Shown here: piece by piece, positions 42,750 through 51,909 of the stretch
Layout of the letters: every line of letters starts with the position of its first letter
Numbering within the stretch: position 1 is the stretch's first letter
DNA from: Candidatus Woesebacteria bacterium RBG_16_42_24
Lineage (GTDB): Bacteria > Patescibacteriota > Microgenomatia > UBA8517
Reading direction: 5' to 3'
DNA length: 64,000 nucleotides
Assembly (NCBI GenBank): GCA_001792115.1
Contig: MGFX01000006.1
Coordinates: 82,537-146,536, forward strand
Translations under genes and position numbers: made by a program
Notes under the pieces: generated by a model
Seen by the model: only the letters and a program-made list of their open reading frames with translations
Database searches by the model: none
Told to the model about the DNA's origin: nothing

Positions 42750-43832
42750 TTAAAGACTAGGAAATTCCGCAACAACAACCACTGTCCTTGCAACAAAATT
42801 TGCATCATCTTTTACACCGAGGGCAATAACTTGTTGGTCTTCCTCTAAATCGGCAAAATCAATTTCTTCCTCTTCATCTCCAAGCTGGCTAAATATGGTT
42901 AATTCCTCTGAATTCTTAATCAGAAGCTCGTCAGCGTCGTTAACAGTTTTAAGTGTGAATTCGGCCTTTTTGGGGTCAAGAACCGTACCCAATATCGCTT
43001 CCCTTCCGGAAGTTTCGAACTCGGTGGTTATAAGAATTCTTTTTCCCTCAAGAACCCCGTTTCCGTTGGCAAATCCCATCGCAACAATAAAATCCCCGAT
43101 TGCAAGATCTGCGAACTTCACCTCGGTGCGGGTTTTCGCAATTTTTACAAAGACGGCTTCATCGGGAGAAAGGGAAACCTGGCGAATTTCTCCTTCAAGG
43201 TCTCTTAACTCAATCGTCCCCGCCAATTTATCGGTTACACTACCCATTACAAATTTGGGTACCCTCATTGCTTCATTTACCTTTTCTTGGACTTTTTCTC
43301 TGACTTCATTGGCCTCGGTTGCAGTTTCTTCCTCGGTTTGGGTGGGAGAGGGGATAGAAGCCTCAACCTGCTTAGCAAATTCTGTTGAATAAGCAATAAG
43401 AAGTCTTTTTTCAATGGTTACACCATCAGCGTCAAATGCAGTTATAGTAATTTCATTTACGCCCTCGATAAGCGTGATTTCTTGTTTAAATTCTCCTTCA
43501 ACGTCTGATTTAACGACAAAATCTTCCTCGACACCCGAGATTGCAACAAAAAGTTCAGGTTTTGTTATTCCCGATATCAGGAAGGGGGACTGTGATACCA
43601 CTTCAAAATCGTTTGGTGCAGCCAAAGTGATCCCAAAAGTAGCCTCTTGCGGTTGAGTTTCCTCGCTCGGCTCCTCCGGGGGAGAATCTTTCGAGCGAAG
43701 AGCCAAGTTTGCTCGCCAAACGCCGAATGCTAAGATTAGGCCAAGAGTAACCCCTGCCAATATTGCAAAAAGGACTTCCTTACGCATGCTTAAGTGTCGA
43801 AGTAGTTTAGGCAAGCCTCCACTTATTGTCAA
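42750..43832 (-). CDS. Hypothetical membrane-anchored extracellular protein
   Basis: N-terminal TM (VLFAILAGVTLGLILAFGVW). Acidic Ig-like repeats likely. No known catalytic motif. Confidence 0.5.
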   Translation of the reverse strand: MTISGGLPKLLRHLSMRKEVLFAILAGVTLGLILAFGVWRANLALRSKDSPPEEPSEETQPQEATFGITLAAPNDFEVVSQSPFLISGITKPELFVAISGVEEDFVVKSDVEGEFKQEITLIEGVNEITITAFDADGVTIEKRLLIAYSTEFAKQVEASIPSPTQTEEETATEANEVREKVQEKVNEAMRVPKFVMGSVTDKLAGTIELRDLEGEIRQVSLSPDEAVFVKIAKTRTEVKFADLAIGDFIVAMGFANGNGVLEGKRILITTEFETSGREAILGTVLDPKKAEFTLKTVNDADELLIKNSEELTIFSQLGDEEEEIDFADLEEDQQVIALGVKDDANFVARTVVVVAEFPSL

Positions 43833-43862
43833 GTTTGCTTTAGTTTGATAGGATGATGCTCG

Positions 43863-44513
43863 GTGGACATTTCATATCTCGGCCATTCTTCATTCCGGTT
43901 AAAGTCGAAAGACGCAACTACCGTTACTGATCCATTTGACCCCAAAATGGTCGGTCTTAAATATTCTGGAATTGAAGCCGATATTGTTACTATTTCACAT
44001 CTTCACGAAGACCACAGTCGAGCAGACTTGGTTAAGGGGACAAGAAAGATAGTAGACGGGCCGGGTGAGTATGAGATAATGGGCGTTTCAATTATCGGTT
44101 TATCTTCTTTCCATGACGCCAAAAAAGGTGCTGAGCGCGGTCCGAATACAATATTTGTCTTTGAGATAGAGGGCTTACGCCTTGCACACCTGGGGGATTT
44201 GGGACACGCTCTTTCCCAGGAATTAGTTGAGGATATGGGAGGTATAGACATTTTAATGATTCCGGTTGGCGGGTTTTATACAATCGGTCCGGAGGAAGCG
44301 GCAGATGTGGTTCGAGAAATCGAGCCCAAAATTGTTATTCCTATGCATTACCAACTCCCGGGTCTTAATCCCGAAACTTTTTCGAAACTTTCCGGGGTAG
44401 AAGCATTTTTGAAAGAGATGGGACTTCCTGTCGAAAATTTACCCAAACTTTCTATAAAAAAGGAAGAGCCTTCCGAGGGAAGCAAGGTAGTGGTTTTGGA
44501 AGTAAGAGGGTAG
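43863..44513 (+). CDS. MBL-fold metal-dependent hydrolase (UPF0173-like)
   Basis: ISHLHEDHS (HxHxDH motif). ~216 aa. Confidence 0.75.
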   Translation: MDISYLGHSSFRLKSKDATTVTDPFDPKMVGLKYSGIEADIVTISHLHEDHSRADLVKGTRKIVDGPGEYEIMGVSIIGLSSFHDAKKGAERGPNTIFVFEIEGLRLAHLGDLGHALSQELVEDMGGIDILMIPVGGFYTIGPEEAADVVREIEPKIVIPMHYQLPGLNPETFSKLSGVEAFLKEMGLPVENLPKLSIKKEEPSEGSKVVVLEVRG

Positions 44514-44563
44514 AAAAAGGTCTTCTTTACAACTTGCCCACAAGGTGTTAATTATATTTCACT

Positions 44564-45886
44564 ATGGCAGATAAAAATGTTCGTGTTCCTCCCCATTCTG
44601 CCGAGGGTGAAGAGAGCGTACTTGGTGCACTTCTTTTAGATCGCGACGCGGTAATTGCCGTTGCTCAATTTCTTAAGTCAGAAGATTTTTATGATCCGCG
44701 CCATAGGGAAATCTATGAGTGTGCAATAGCGCTTTTTGAAGAAAGAGTCCCCATAGACGTTTTAACAGTTTCGGAGAGACTTAAAAAAAGAAAAACTCTC
44801 AAGCAAGTAGGTGGAGCAAGTTATCTCGCCGAGCTGGCCAACAAGGTTCCGACTGCAGCCCATGTTGAGCACTACGGAAAAATTGTCAAGGATTCTGCTA
44901 TCAAAAGGGCTTTGATGAGTTCGGCTGGCAGGATTTTGGACCTTTCTATGGATGAAGGGCTAGCGGCTGAAGAGCTCATGGATAAGGCGGAGAGCGAAAT
45001 TTTTGCGCTCACCCAAAGACATCTTGCTCAAACATTTACAGCAATAAGAGAAGCCTTGGCAGAGAGCTTTGATAGACTCGATGAGCTCCATAAGCAGGAG
45101 GAGGGTTTAAGAGGAGTCCCCACAGGATTTAAAGATTTGGACGATACCTTAGCAGGAATGCAGAAATCAAACCTTTTAATCTTGGCGTCGCGCCCCGGTA
45201 TAGGGAAGACTTCTTTGGCTCTTAATATTTCCCAAAATTTGGCAGTTAAATATAAAAGACCGGTCGGATTTTTCTCTCTTGAAATGAGTAAGGAGGAGCT
45301 GGTCGACAGGCTTCTTGTAGCCCAGGCAGATATCGATGCCTGGAGATTAAAGACAGGGAAATTAACAGAAGATGATTTCACCAAGCTTTCAAATGCCATG
45401 GGAGAACTTGCCGAGGCGCCTCTTTATATCGACGATACACCCGCTCTATCAATTCTAGAAATGAGAACCAAAGCAAGACGGCTCCAGGTTGAAGCCGGAA
45501 TAGACCTCTTGGTTGTTGACTATCTTCAGCTTGCAAGAAGTCGCCAGTTGGAAAACAGGGTGCAGGAGGTCTCGGAAATTTCACAGGGATTAAAGAATTT
45601 AGCTCGTGAACTTAAGATTCCGATTTTGGCAATCTCACAGTTATCTAGGGCCGTTGAGCAAAGAGGAGGACAGAAAAAACCCCAACTCGCGGATTTGAGG
45701 GAGTCGGGATCTATAGAGCAGGATGCGGACGTGGTTATGTTTTTGTGGAGGGAAGAAGAAGAAAATACGGAAAATATTAATCTCGACATCGCCAAACACA
45801 GAAACGGCCCCCTAAAAAGCATCCAGCTTTTCTTCAAAGGGGACAGAATTAAGTTCTATGGGCGGGAGACAAAGAGGGAGAAGTAA
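44564..45886 (+). CDS. dnaB: Replicative DNA helicase DnaB
   Basis: N-terminal PPHSAEGEESVLGALLLD. Walker A RPGIGKTSLALNIS. VVDYLQL (Walker B region). RecA-like C-terminal. Confidence 0.9.
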   Translation: MADKNVRVPPHSAEGEESVLGALLLDRDAVIAVAQFLKSEDFYDPRHREIYECAIALFEERVPIDVLTVSERLKKRKTLKQVGGASYLAELANKVPTAAHVEHYGKIVKDSAIKRALMSSAGRILDLSMDEGLAAEELMDKAESEIFALTQRHLAQTFTAIREALAESFDRLDELHKQEEGLRGVPTGFKDLDDTLAGMQKSNLLILASRPGIGKTSLALNISQNLAVKYKRPVGFFSLEMSKEELVDRLLVAQADIDAWRLKTGKLTEDDFTKLSNAMGELAEAPLYIDDTPALSILEMRTKARRLQVEAGIDLLVVDYLQLARSRQLENRVQEVSEISQGLKNLARELKIPILAISQLSRAVEQRGGQKKPQLADLRESGSIEQDADVVMFLWREEEENTENINLDIAKHRNGPLKSIQLFFKGDRIKFYGRETKREK

Positions 45887-45906
45887 TTTGTGCCGAGGAG
45901 AGGAGT

Positions 45907-45939
45907 CCCTCCTCCGCTAAAGCTTCGGACGGGCAAGCG
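45907..45939. repeat. CCTCCGCTAAAGCTTCGG-family element, intergenic copy beside tRNA-Leu
   Basis: tccctcctccgctaaagcttcggacgggcaagcga. Confidence 0.8.
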
Positions 45940-45952
45940 AACTTTTCTTAAG

Positions 45953-46037
45953 TGCCGAGGGTGGGAGTCGAACCCACATGAGGTATTACCCTCATAGGTT
46001 TTTGAGACCTACGCGTCTGCCATTCCGCCACCTCGGC
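45953..46037 (-). tRNA. tRNA-Leu (anticodon CAA), class II with long variable arm
   Basis: Reverse complement folds as GCCGAGG/CCTCGGC acceptor, D-arm GCGG..AATGGC, anticodon stem TAGGT/ACCTA with loop CTCAAAA (anticodon CAA), long variable arm TGAGGGTAATACCTCATG, T-arm TGGGTTCGACTCCCAC. No encoded CCA. Confidence 0.8.
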
Positions 46038-46047
46038 ATAAGATATC

Positions 46048-46290
46048 TTAAAACAAATTCAAAAGTGCTTCTTTATTAAACCTCACTTTTAGAAATTTTT
46101 CTAACGATCTTGCTTTTAGTCTATTTTCAACGATTTGTGCAAATACTAGCCTGAACGGCTTATATGCCTTTGTAGATTTAACGCTTCCTGAATTATGCTC
46201 TCTTAATCTAGAATTAAGATCTCCAGTAAAACCCACATAGTTCCAGTTATTGTTGATGCTTTTAATTATGTAAACAAAAACTTCTGCCAT
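46048..46290 (-). CDS. GIY-YIG nuclease-domain protein (small, UPF0213-like)
   Basis: VYIIKS...NWNYVGFTGDLNSRLREHN, the GIY-YIG signature. Adjacent to the tRNA gene. Confidence 0.7.
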   Translation of the reverse strand: MAEVFVYIIKSINNNWNYVGFTGDLNSRLREHNSGSVKSTKAYKPFRLVFAQIVENRLKARSLEKFLKVRFNKEALLNLF

Positions 46291-46327
46291 TCCTTGCTTG
46301 CGCAAGCAAGCGCCACCTCGGCTAGGC

Positions 46328-46385
46328 TTCAATTATATCAATATTCAAGAAAACCTCGCAATTCATTGCGGGGATGAATTGAACA
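46328..46385. repeat. Copy 3 (partial) of the ~65-bp dispersed hairpin repeat
   Basis: attcaagaaaacctcgcaattcattgcggggatgaattgaac matches the cores of the 20081 and 27573 copies. A related hairpin cccctcacaattagtgagggg lies at ~46418..46438. Confidence 0.7.
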
Positions 46386-46473
46386 TTGATATGTCATCCT
46401 TCCTTAGGGGGAACCCCTCACAATTAGTGAGGGGAGGATGTCATAGCATAAATTATGTTAGAATACGCACGCC

Positions 46474-47583
46474 ATGACAGATCCGAGGATAGTTAAACAG
46501 GCCAAAGTTTTGGTCGATTATTCTCTTAAGGTAAAAAAGGGAGATAGAGTTCTCATTCTTTCGGATATTTTAGGCTATCCGCTAGTCAAGGAAATCTATC
46601 GGCTTTTGGTTCGCCGGGGAGCTAAGGAAATTAGACTGCACTTCGACTCCTATGAACTGGAGGAGATTTTTTATAGAGAGGCCAGCAAGGAGACGCTTCG
46701 CACGTTCCCTAAAATTTCCATGGATGAGATGAAGCAAATTGATTGCTGGATTGGTGTCCGCTGCGAGGCAAATACGAGGGGTCTTTCTGGAGTTGATTCG
46801 TCCAGGATGGCTGAAAGATTAAAAGTAGTAAGGCCGATCATTAACTGGAGAGTGGCTAAGACTCGTTGGGTGATAACCAACTTTCCAGTTGATTCGCAGG
46901 CACAGGAAGCCGATATGTCTTTAGCCGAATATGAAGATTTCGTATTCTCGGCAATTAACAATGTTGATTGGGGTAGGCTAAAGTCCAAGCAGGAAAAACT
47001 AAGAAGAATTGTTAATAAGGTCAAAAGGGTTCGGATTCTTTCTAAAAATACAGATTTGGAGTTTAGTATTTCCGGTAGAAAGGCCCTAAATGGTGACGGC
47101 GAAAATAACATGCCCGATGGGGAAGTTTTTACATCGGTCGTTGAGAACTCGACGGAAGGGATAATCACTTTCACCTACCCCGCAATTTATATGGGCAGGG
47201 AGTTCCACGAAGTAAGCCTTACTTTTAAAAAGGGTAGAGTGGTTAAGGCAAGTGCACTTAAAAAAGAGTCAGACCTTAATAAAATATTAGATATGGATAA
47301 AGGAGCAAGGGCTGTTGGGGAGTTTGGAATAGGCAATAATTTCCGGATAACAAAATTTACAAAAGATATCTTATTTGACGAGAAAATTGGGGGAAGTATA
47401 CATTTGGCTTTAGGAAACGGATACACTGAGAGTTTGAGTAAAAATATTTCAGCCCTTCATTGGGATATGATCTGCGATTTAAGAGCGCCCGCCTCCGCTA
47501 AAGCTACGTCGAGGCAAGGCGGCGAGCTTTGGTTTGACGACAAATTAGTTCAAAAAAACGGCAAATGGCTGCTAAAATTGTAA
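46474..47583 (+). CDS. M29-family aminopeptidase (AmpS / aminopeptidase T-like)
   Basis: N-terminus KQAKVLVDYSLKVKKGDRVLILSD and overall M29 layout. Contains an in-frame copy of the CCTCCGCTAAAGC element (APASAKATSRQGGE). Confidence 0.75.
   Translation: MTDPRIVKQAKVLVDYSLKVKKGDRVLILSDILGYPLVKEIYRLLVRRGAKEIRLHFDSYELEEIFYREASKETLRTFPKISMDEMKQIDCWIGVRCEANTRGLSGVDSSRMAERLKVVRPIINWRVAKTRWVITNFPVDSQAQEADMSLAEYEDFVFSAINNVDWGRLKSKQEKLRRIVNKVKRVRILSKNTDLEFSISGRKALNGDGENNMPDGEVFTSVVENSTEGIITFTYPAIYMGREFHEVSLTFKKGRVVKASALKKESDLNKILDMDKGARAVGEFGIGNNFRITKFTKDILFDEKIGGSIHLALGNGYTESLSKNISALHWDMICDLRAPASAKATSRQGGELWFDDKLVQKNGKWLLKL
47487..47525. repeat. CCTCCGCTAAAGCTTCGG-family element, in-frame inside the M29 aminopeptidase gene
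   Basis: gcccgcctccgctaaagctacgtcgaggcaaggcggcgag. Confidence 0.7.
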
Positions 47584-47587
47584 AGGA

Positions 47588-48172
47588 ATGATAGCTGCAA
47601 CAGATTTAAAAAACGGCGCAACCTTCCTATCAAACGACGAACCATATCAGGTAATTAAATATTCACTAATAAAAATGGGGAGGGGAGGGGCGGTTGTTAA
47701 AGTTACCGCGAAAAACCTTATGAGCGGTTCCATTGAAGAAAGATCTTTTAGCTCAAATGTCACGGTTGACGAGGTTACAACGACTAAAAGACAGCTTCAA
47801 TATTTATATAAAGACGCGAAAAGTGCCGTATTCATGGACCCCAAGTCCTACGAACAGGTAGAAATCCCGCTAAGTATTTTGGGCGATCAAATTTTGTTTG
47901 TAAAAGAAGGAGGAAATGCGACAATTCTTTTTTGGTCCTTCGGCGGAGCTCAGGATAAAGAAGATAAAGCGTTATCTATTGAAATTCCTCCTAAAGTCAC
48001 TTTTGTTGTTAGAGAAACAGATCCGGGAGTGAAAGGAAATTCGGCTACCAATATTTATAAACCCGCTACTTTAGAGAATGGACTCAAACTCAAAGTTCCT
48101 CTTTTCATTGAGAAAGGGGATAGAATCACAGTGGATACAAGAACTGGAGAATACGTCGAAAGGGCGAAATAG
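47588..48172 (+). CDS. efp: Elongation factor P
   Basis: MIAATDLKNGATFLSNDEPYQVIKYSLIKMGRGGAVVKVTAKNLMSG (KOW-like domain I with a conserved Lys loop). Three-domain length. Confidence 0.9.
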   Translation: MIAATDLKNGATFLSNDEPYQVIKYSLIKMGRGGAVVKVTAKNLMSGSIEERSFSSNVTVDEVTTTKRQLQYLYKDAKSAVFMDPKSYEQVEIPLSILGDQILFVKEGGNATILFWSFGGAQDKEDKALSIEIPPKVTFVVRETDPGVKGNSATNIYKPATLENGLKLKVPLFIEKGDRITVDTRTGEYVERAK

Positions 48173-49447
48173 ATGATAAAGAAGTCCAGAATTATTCTTT
48201 CAAACGGCCTACCCCTTGTTACGGTTGAGATACCTGAATCAAAGTCCTTGGTCACATCTTTCTGGACGAAGGCTGGGAGTAGGGCGGACCCGGAAGACAA
48301 GGCAGGATTAGCGCACTTTTTGGAACATTTGCTTATAAAGAAAACTAAAAGTTTTCCCTCCGATCAAAAACTAGCCGAAGTACTTGAGAAATTTGGCGCA
48401 TTCAAGAATGGCTCAACGGACAAGGATACACTTAGTATAACCATTACTTCGGCAGCGAAGGATCTTCCTCTAACGACCAATATCCTTTCGGAAATGGTTT
48501 TTAATCCTTTAATTGATAAAGAAGGATTCAGAGCAGAAAAGAAAATTATATTACAGGAGCAAGCACGCAAGCATTCCTTACCCGATGAATTAGTTTGGGA
48601 GGCTTGGTTTAAGATATTTTTTAGCCCTACACCACTAACAAGACCGGTTATTGGAACAACAAATTCAATGGTTGGTATAAAACAAGAAGACTCGATCGGT
48701 TTTTGGAGTCGATACTTCAATTCCAGAAATTCTATACTTTTGATATCAGGTGGCCTAGAGACAAAAGATGCTCAAAAAATGGCTCAAAAATATTTCGGGA
48801 AATTTAAACTAGGGAGATCTCAGGATTTTCCCACTTATGAATTTGGAGGACACAGAAGAATTATTGTAGAAGAGAAGAATCTTCCGAGGACCAATATGCT
48901 AATGAGCTTCAGAATACCTGGCGGTCCTATTTCAAAAGAAACATATCCGCTTCTTGTCTTAAAGAATATTCTTTCGGGTGGATGGTCATCGCGAATTTCT
49001 CAAAGGCTAAGGGTGAAGGAATCGCTGGTATATGGGTGGCACTCTTTTATAAAAAGTTTCCTTGACACCGGAGCATTTATATTTGTTTTAGCGAGCGCCA
49101 GTAAGGACTTTACGAAAATGGTGAACACCTTTTGCGAAGAAATAGTTAGCATAAGGGAGAACGGGATTAAAGAATCGGAGTTAGAACTCGCCAAAGGGTT
49201 CATGGAGGGAACAATTCTAAGCAGAGTGGAAACGAGTTGGGATTATGCAGATTGGTATGCTTATGACGAACTTCATTGGCCTAGCTATGTTGAGTCGGTT
49301 GAGGAGCGGGTTATGAATATTAAGAAGGTTTCAAAGGAAGACGTGGAACGGGTTGCGAAAAAATATCTAACGGGAAGCAACTGGCATTTGGCTGTAGTGG
49401 GAGACGTTAAAGAGAATGAAATTAAGGTAGATCTTATCTTTAGCTAG
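48173..49447 (+). CDS. M16-family zinc peptidase (insulinase-like)
   Basis: GSRADPEDKAGLAHFLEHLLIK, an inverted zincin HxxEH motif. Confidence 0.8.
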   Translation: MIKKSRIILSNGLPLVTVEIPESKSLVTSFWTKAGSRADPEDKAGLAHFLEHLLIKKTKSFPSDQKLAEVLEKFGAFKNGSTDKDTLSITITSAAKDLPLTTNILSEMVFNPLIDKEGFRAEKKIILQEQARKHSLPDELVWEAWFKIFFSPTPLTRPVIGTTNSMVGIKQEDSIGFWSRYFNSRNSILLISGGLETKDAQKMAQKYFGKFKLGRSQDFPTYEFGGHRRIIVEEKNLPRTNMLMSFRIPGGPISKETYPLLVLKNILSGGWSSRISQRLRVKESLVYGWHSFIKSFLDTGAFIFVLASASKDFTKMVNTFCEEIVSIRENGIKESELELAKGFMEGTILSRVETSWDYADWYAYDELHWPSYVESVEERVMNIKKVSKEDVERVAKKYLTGSNWHLAVVGDVKENEIKVDLIFS

Positions 49448-49901
49448 AAATCCACCAAAATCCGGTGGCGATAATTAATAATTGCGTTAGCATTCCTGGC
49501 CAAAAAGTTGCATTAACTTGAAGACTTCTTTCAAAAAGCACCCAGCGTTTTAGGGGTTCCCAGCGATTTTTAAGATAATAGTAAGGCCATTTGACTATAT
49601 CTGGTAGAACTGAGGCGAGGCAGCACGCAAGGATAGTTACAGCTCTTTCGGGTTGTGTAGCGAATCTTGATGTAATAAAAAGGCCAATAACTAGGGCTAA
49701 TCCTACATCGGCTACAGCTACAAACGTACTTTTCTTGGCAGGGTGGCCCAATTTTTGGGTTTCCGTGAATAAATGTGGATTCCAGTGGGGGACTTTATCA
49801 AGAACAAAGTGACTAGCCAGTGCCAGGGGTATGGCTAGCGCGGGACTAACTACTTTGGTAGCAATCGCTGCGCCCACAACTACATGTGGGGTTTCTAACA
49901 C
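49440..49901 (-). CDS. Hypothetical integral membrane protein
   Basis: 4 predicted TM helices. His-rich loops (HFVLDKVPHWNPH). Confidence 0.45.
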   Translation of the reverse strand: MLETPHVVVGAAIATKVVSPALAIPLALASHFVLDKVPHWNPHLFTETQKLGHPAKKSTFVAVADVGLALVIGLFITSRFATQPERAVTILACCLASVLPDIVKWPYYYLKNRWEPLKRWVLFERSLQVNATFWPGMLTQLLIIATGFWWISS

Positions 49902-49965
49902 GGTAAGATTAATCTTAACTTTTAGAACAAACTATGTCAAATGATAGAAGTTGGTATAATCGGAG

Positions 49966-50571
49966 GTGGAAATGTTAACGGAAATAATTTTCAACCTTAT
50001 AGGTATATTCATCTTCCTTTTTCTTTTTTGGAAGAAGCTCAAGGAGGATTACTTCCCTTCGCTAATTTTTAGTTGTGCCTTTTATATGATAATTGGAATT
50101 CTTTTGGGATTCGTTGTTTCAAGTATTTTTGTTAGGGGGGCCTGGTTCTGGCTCTCTTTTTTGGGGCTTGCCCTTGGGTTTCTGATTGGTGTATTGCGTC
50201 TTCGACTCAGGGCTTATGAGACGATAGAAGCGGGGACAATCTCGCTTCTTCCTTGGGCGGCCCTTATTTTTCTCGCAGACGCCGCCACAACTTCTTCCGT
50301 AACGTCCTTTCTATTTGGGATTTTTTGTGCAGCTTTAATCGTATTTTATATTTTCTTGGATAGACATTATAAAAACTTTTCATGGTACGCCTCAGGCCGG
50401 GTAGGGTTTTCGGGACTAGCCACTTTGGGAACCTTTTTCCTCTTAAGAGCCTTCCTTGCCATCTTCACACCATCCGTGTTATCCTTCGTAAGTGCCGAGA
50501 CTTTGATATCAGGAATTATTGCAACAGTGTCATTTTTGGCCGTATATAGACTTGCAAGAGAGAAGGTATGA
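49966..50571 (+). CDS. Hypothetical integral membrane protein (multi-TM)
   Basis: Hydrophobic throughout. No motif. Confidence 0.5.
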   Translation: MEMLTEIIFNLIGIFIFLFLFWKKLKEDYFPSLIFSCAFYMIIGILLGFVVSSIFVRGAWFWLSFLGLALGFLIGVLRLRLRAYETIEAGTISLLPWAALIFLADAATTSSVTSFLFGIFCAALIVFYIFLDRHYKNFSWYASGRVGFSGLATLGTFFLLRAFLAIFTPSVLSFVSAETLISGIIATVSFLAVYRLAREKV

Positions 50572-50975
50572 CAAATAAGAAATCTAAAAATAAAAAGACA
50601 ACAGATGGAGTTATGAGATTTCCCGCGAATGTGGTTTCTCCTGTAGCACATTTTCTTAGGGATAGACTTAGAATGTTGCGGGCCAGAAAAAAGGTGATAG
50701 AGAAGGAAGACCCGTTCAAAGATACAGCAAGATTAATTGATAATGCCTCGCCCGACGCAGATGCAGCAGAACAATTTGGCCACGCCAGGGTCTCTGCGGT
50801 GAGGTCGCAGATAACCCGGTCAATAATTCAAACCAGAAAGGCCCTCTCACGAGTTAAAATTGGAAAATACGGGATTTGTGAGGATTGCGGACGAATGATA
50901 GATACAGACCGCCTTGTGATTTACCCCGAAGCCACTCTTTGCGCAGAGGACGCGGCTAAAAGGGAAGGGAAATAG
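50568..50975 (+). CDS. DksA/TraR-family C4-type zinc-finger protein
   Basis: C-terminal CEDCGRMIDTDRLVIYPEATLCAEDAAKRE (C..C..17..C..C DksA/TraR finger) and an N-terminal coiled coil. Confidence 0.7.
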   Translation: MTNKKSKNKKTTDGVMRFPANVVSPVAHFLRDRLRMLRARKKVIEKEDPFKDTARLIDNASPDADAAEQFGHARVSAVRSQITRSIIQTRKALSRVKIGKYGICEDCGRMIDTDRLVIYPEATLCAEDAAKREGK

Positions 50976-50985
50976 GATTTACTTG

Positions 50986-51142
50986 CCGGGCAACGCTTTT
51001 CTCAAAACCTCTCGTCGTATTAGTTTTATCCCAACAGTTGACTCACTCCTCGCTTAGAGTCTCGCCTCCCGTAATCTCTTAAAAGAAGAATTGGCCAGTC
51101 CAGGTTGGCTCGACATATTTTTCGAAAAGATTACCCGTCTTG
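50986..51142. ncRNA. Copy B of the ~165-nt conserved intergenic element (candidate structured RNA/MITE)
   Basis: Aligned block-by-block to 23412..23577. Both copies lie between two + strand genes, immediately upstream of the next gene. Confidence 0.5.
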
Positions 51143-51180
51143 TAAATAACTGAGGTTTTAAAATGTTAGAATAGGGCAAC

Positions 51181-51909
51181 GTGGAACCCAAAGTAATTTA
51201 CCAAGACGCGAGTGTCTTAGTTATTGAAAAGCCGGCGGGTTGGATAGTTAACGACGCAACAACTACAGGAGACCAACCTACAATACAGGAATGGTTGCGT
51301 CGCAATTTCCAATTTCCAATTTCCAATTTCCAAAAACTAAGGAGTGGGATTGTTCACCGGTTGGATAAGGAGACCAGTGGGGTTTTACTTGTAGCCAAGA
51401 CCCAAGAAGCTTTCGAAAACCTACAAGGGCAATTTAAAAGTAGGGAAGTAGAAAAAACCTACATCGCCTTGGTTCATGGAAAAGTTGAATCAAAAGAGGG
51501 GGAGATAGAAGTTCCGGTTGGACGATTGCCCTGGCGAAGGGATAGATTTGGAGTTTTGCCCGGAGGGCGCGAAGCGGAAACTGCCTATAAAGTTATTGCG
51601 TACTATTCACTAAACGCTACAAACTATACGCTACTTAAGCTTTATCCAAAAACGGGGAGGACTCATCAGATAAGGATTCATCTGAAATACATCGGCCACC
51701 CAATTGTCGCAGACGAGTTCTACGCGGGACGCAAAACCGCCCGCGAAGATAGAAAATGGTGTCCGCGTCTTTTTCTTCATGCTAGTGAAATTTCGTTTTT
51801 GCACCCGATAGAGGGTAAGAGAGTGACATTCTCTTGCAAAATCCCCGCAGGTTTAAAAAGTTCGCTCGACGTGCTTGAAAAGCTGCGTGAAAGCTCTAAG
51901 CTTAAATAA
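51181..51909 (+). CDS. RluA-family pseudouridine synthase (RluC/RluD-like, no S4 domain)
   Basis: HRLDKETSGVLLVAKT (catalytic Asp) and RTHQIRIHL. Contains an in-frame (AATTTCC)3 insertion encoding NFQFPISNFQ. Confidence 0.85.
   Translation: MEPKVIYQDASVLVIEKPAGWIVNDATTTGDQPTIQEWLRRNFQFPISNFQKLRSGIVHRLDKETSGVLLVAKTQEAFENLQGQFKSREVEKTYIALVHGKVESKEGEIEVPVGRLPWRRDRFGVLPGGREAETAYKVIAYYSLNATNYTLLKLYPKTGRTHQIRIHLKYIGHPIVADEFYAGRKTAREDRKWCPRLFLHASEISFLHPIEGKRVTFSCKIPAGLKSSLDVLEKLRESSKLK
51304..51326. repeat. (AATTTCC)3 heptamer repeat inserted in-frame in the pseudouridine synthase gene
   Basis: aatttccaatttccaatttccaa. Confidence 0.9.
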
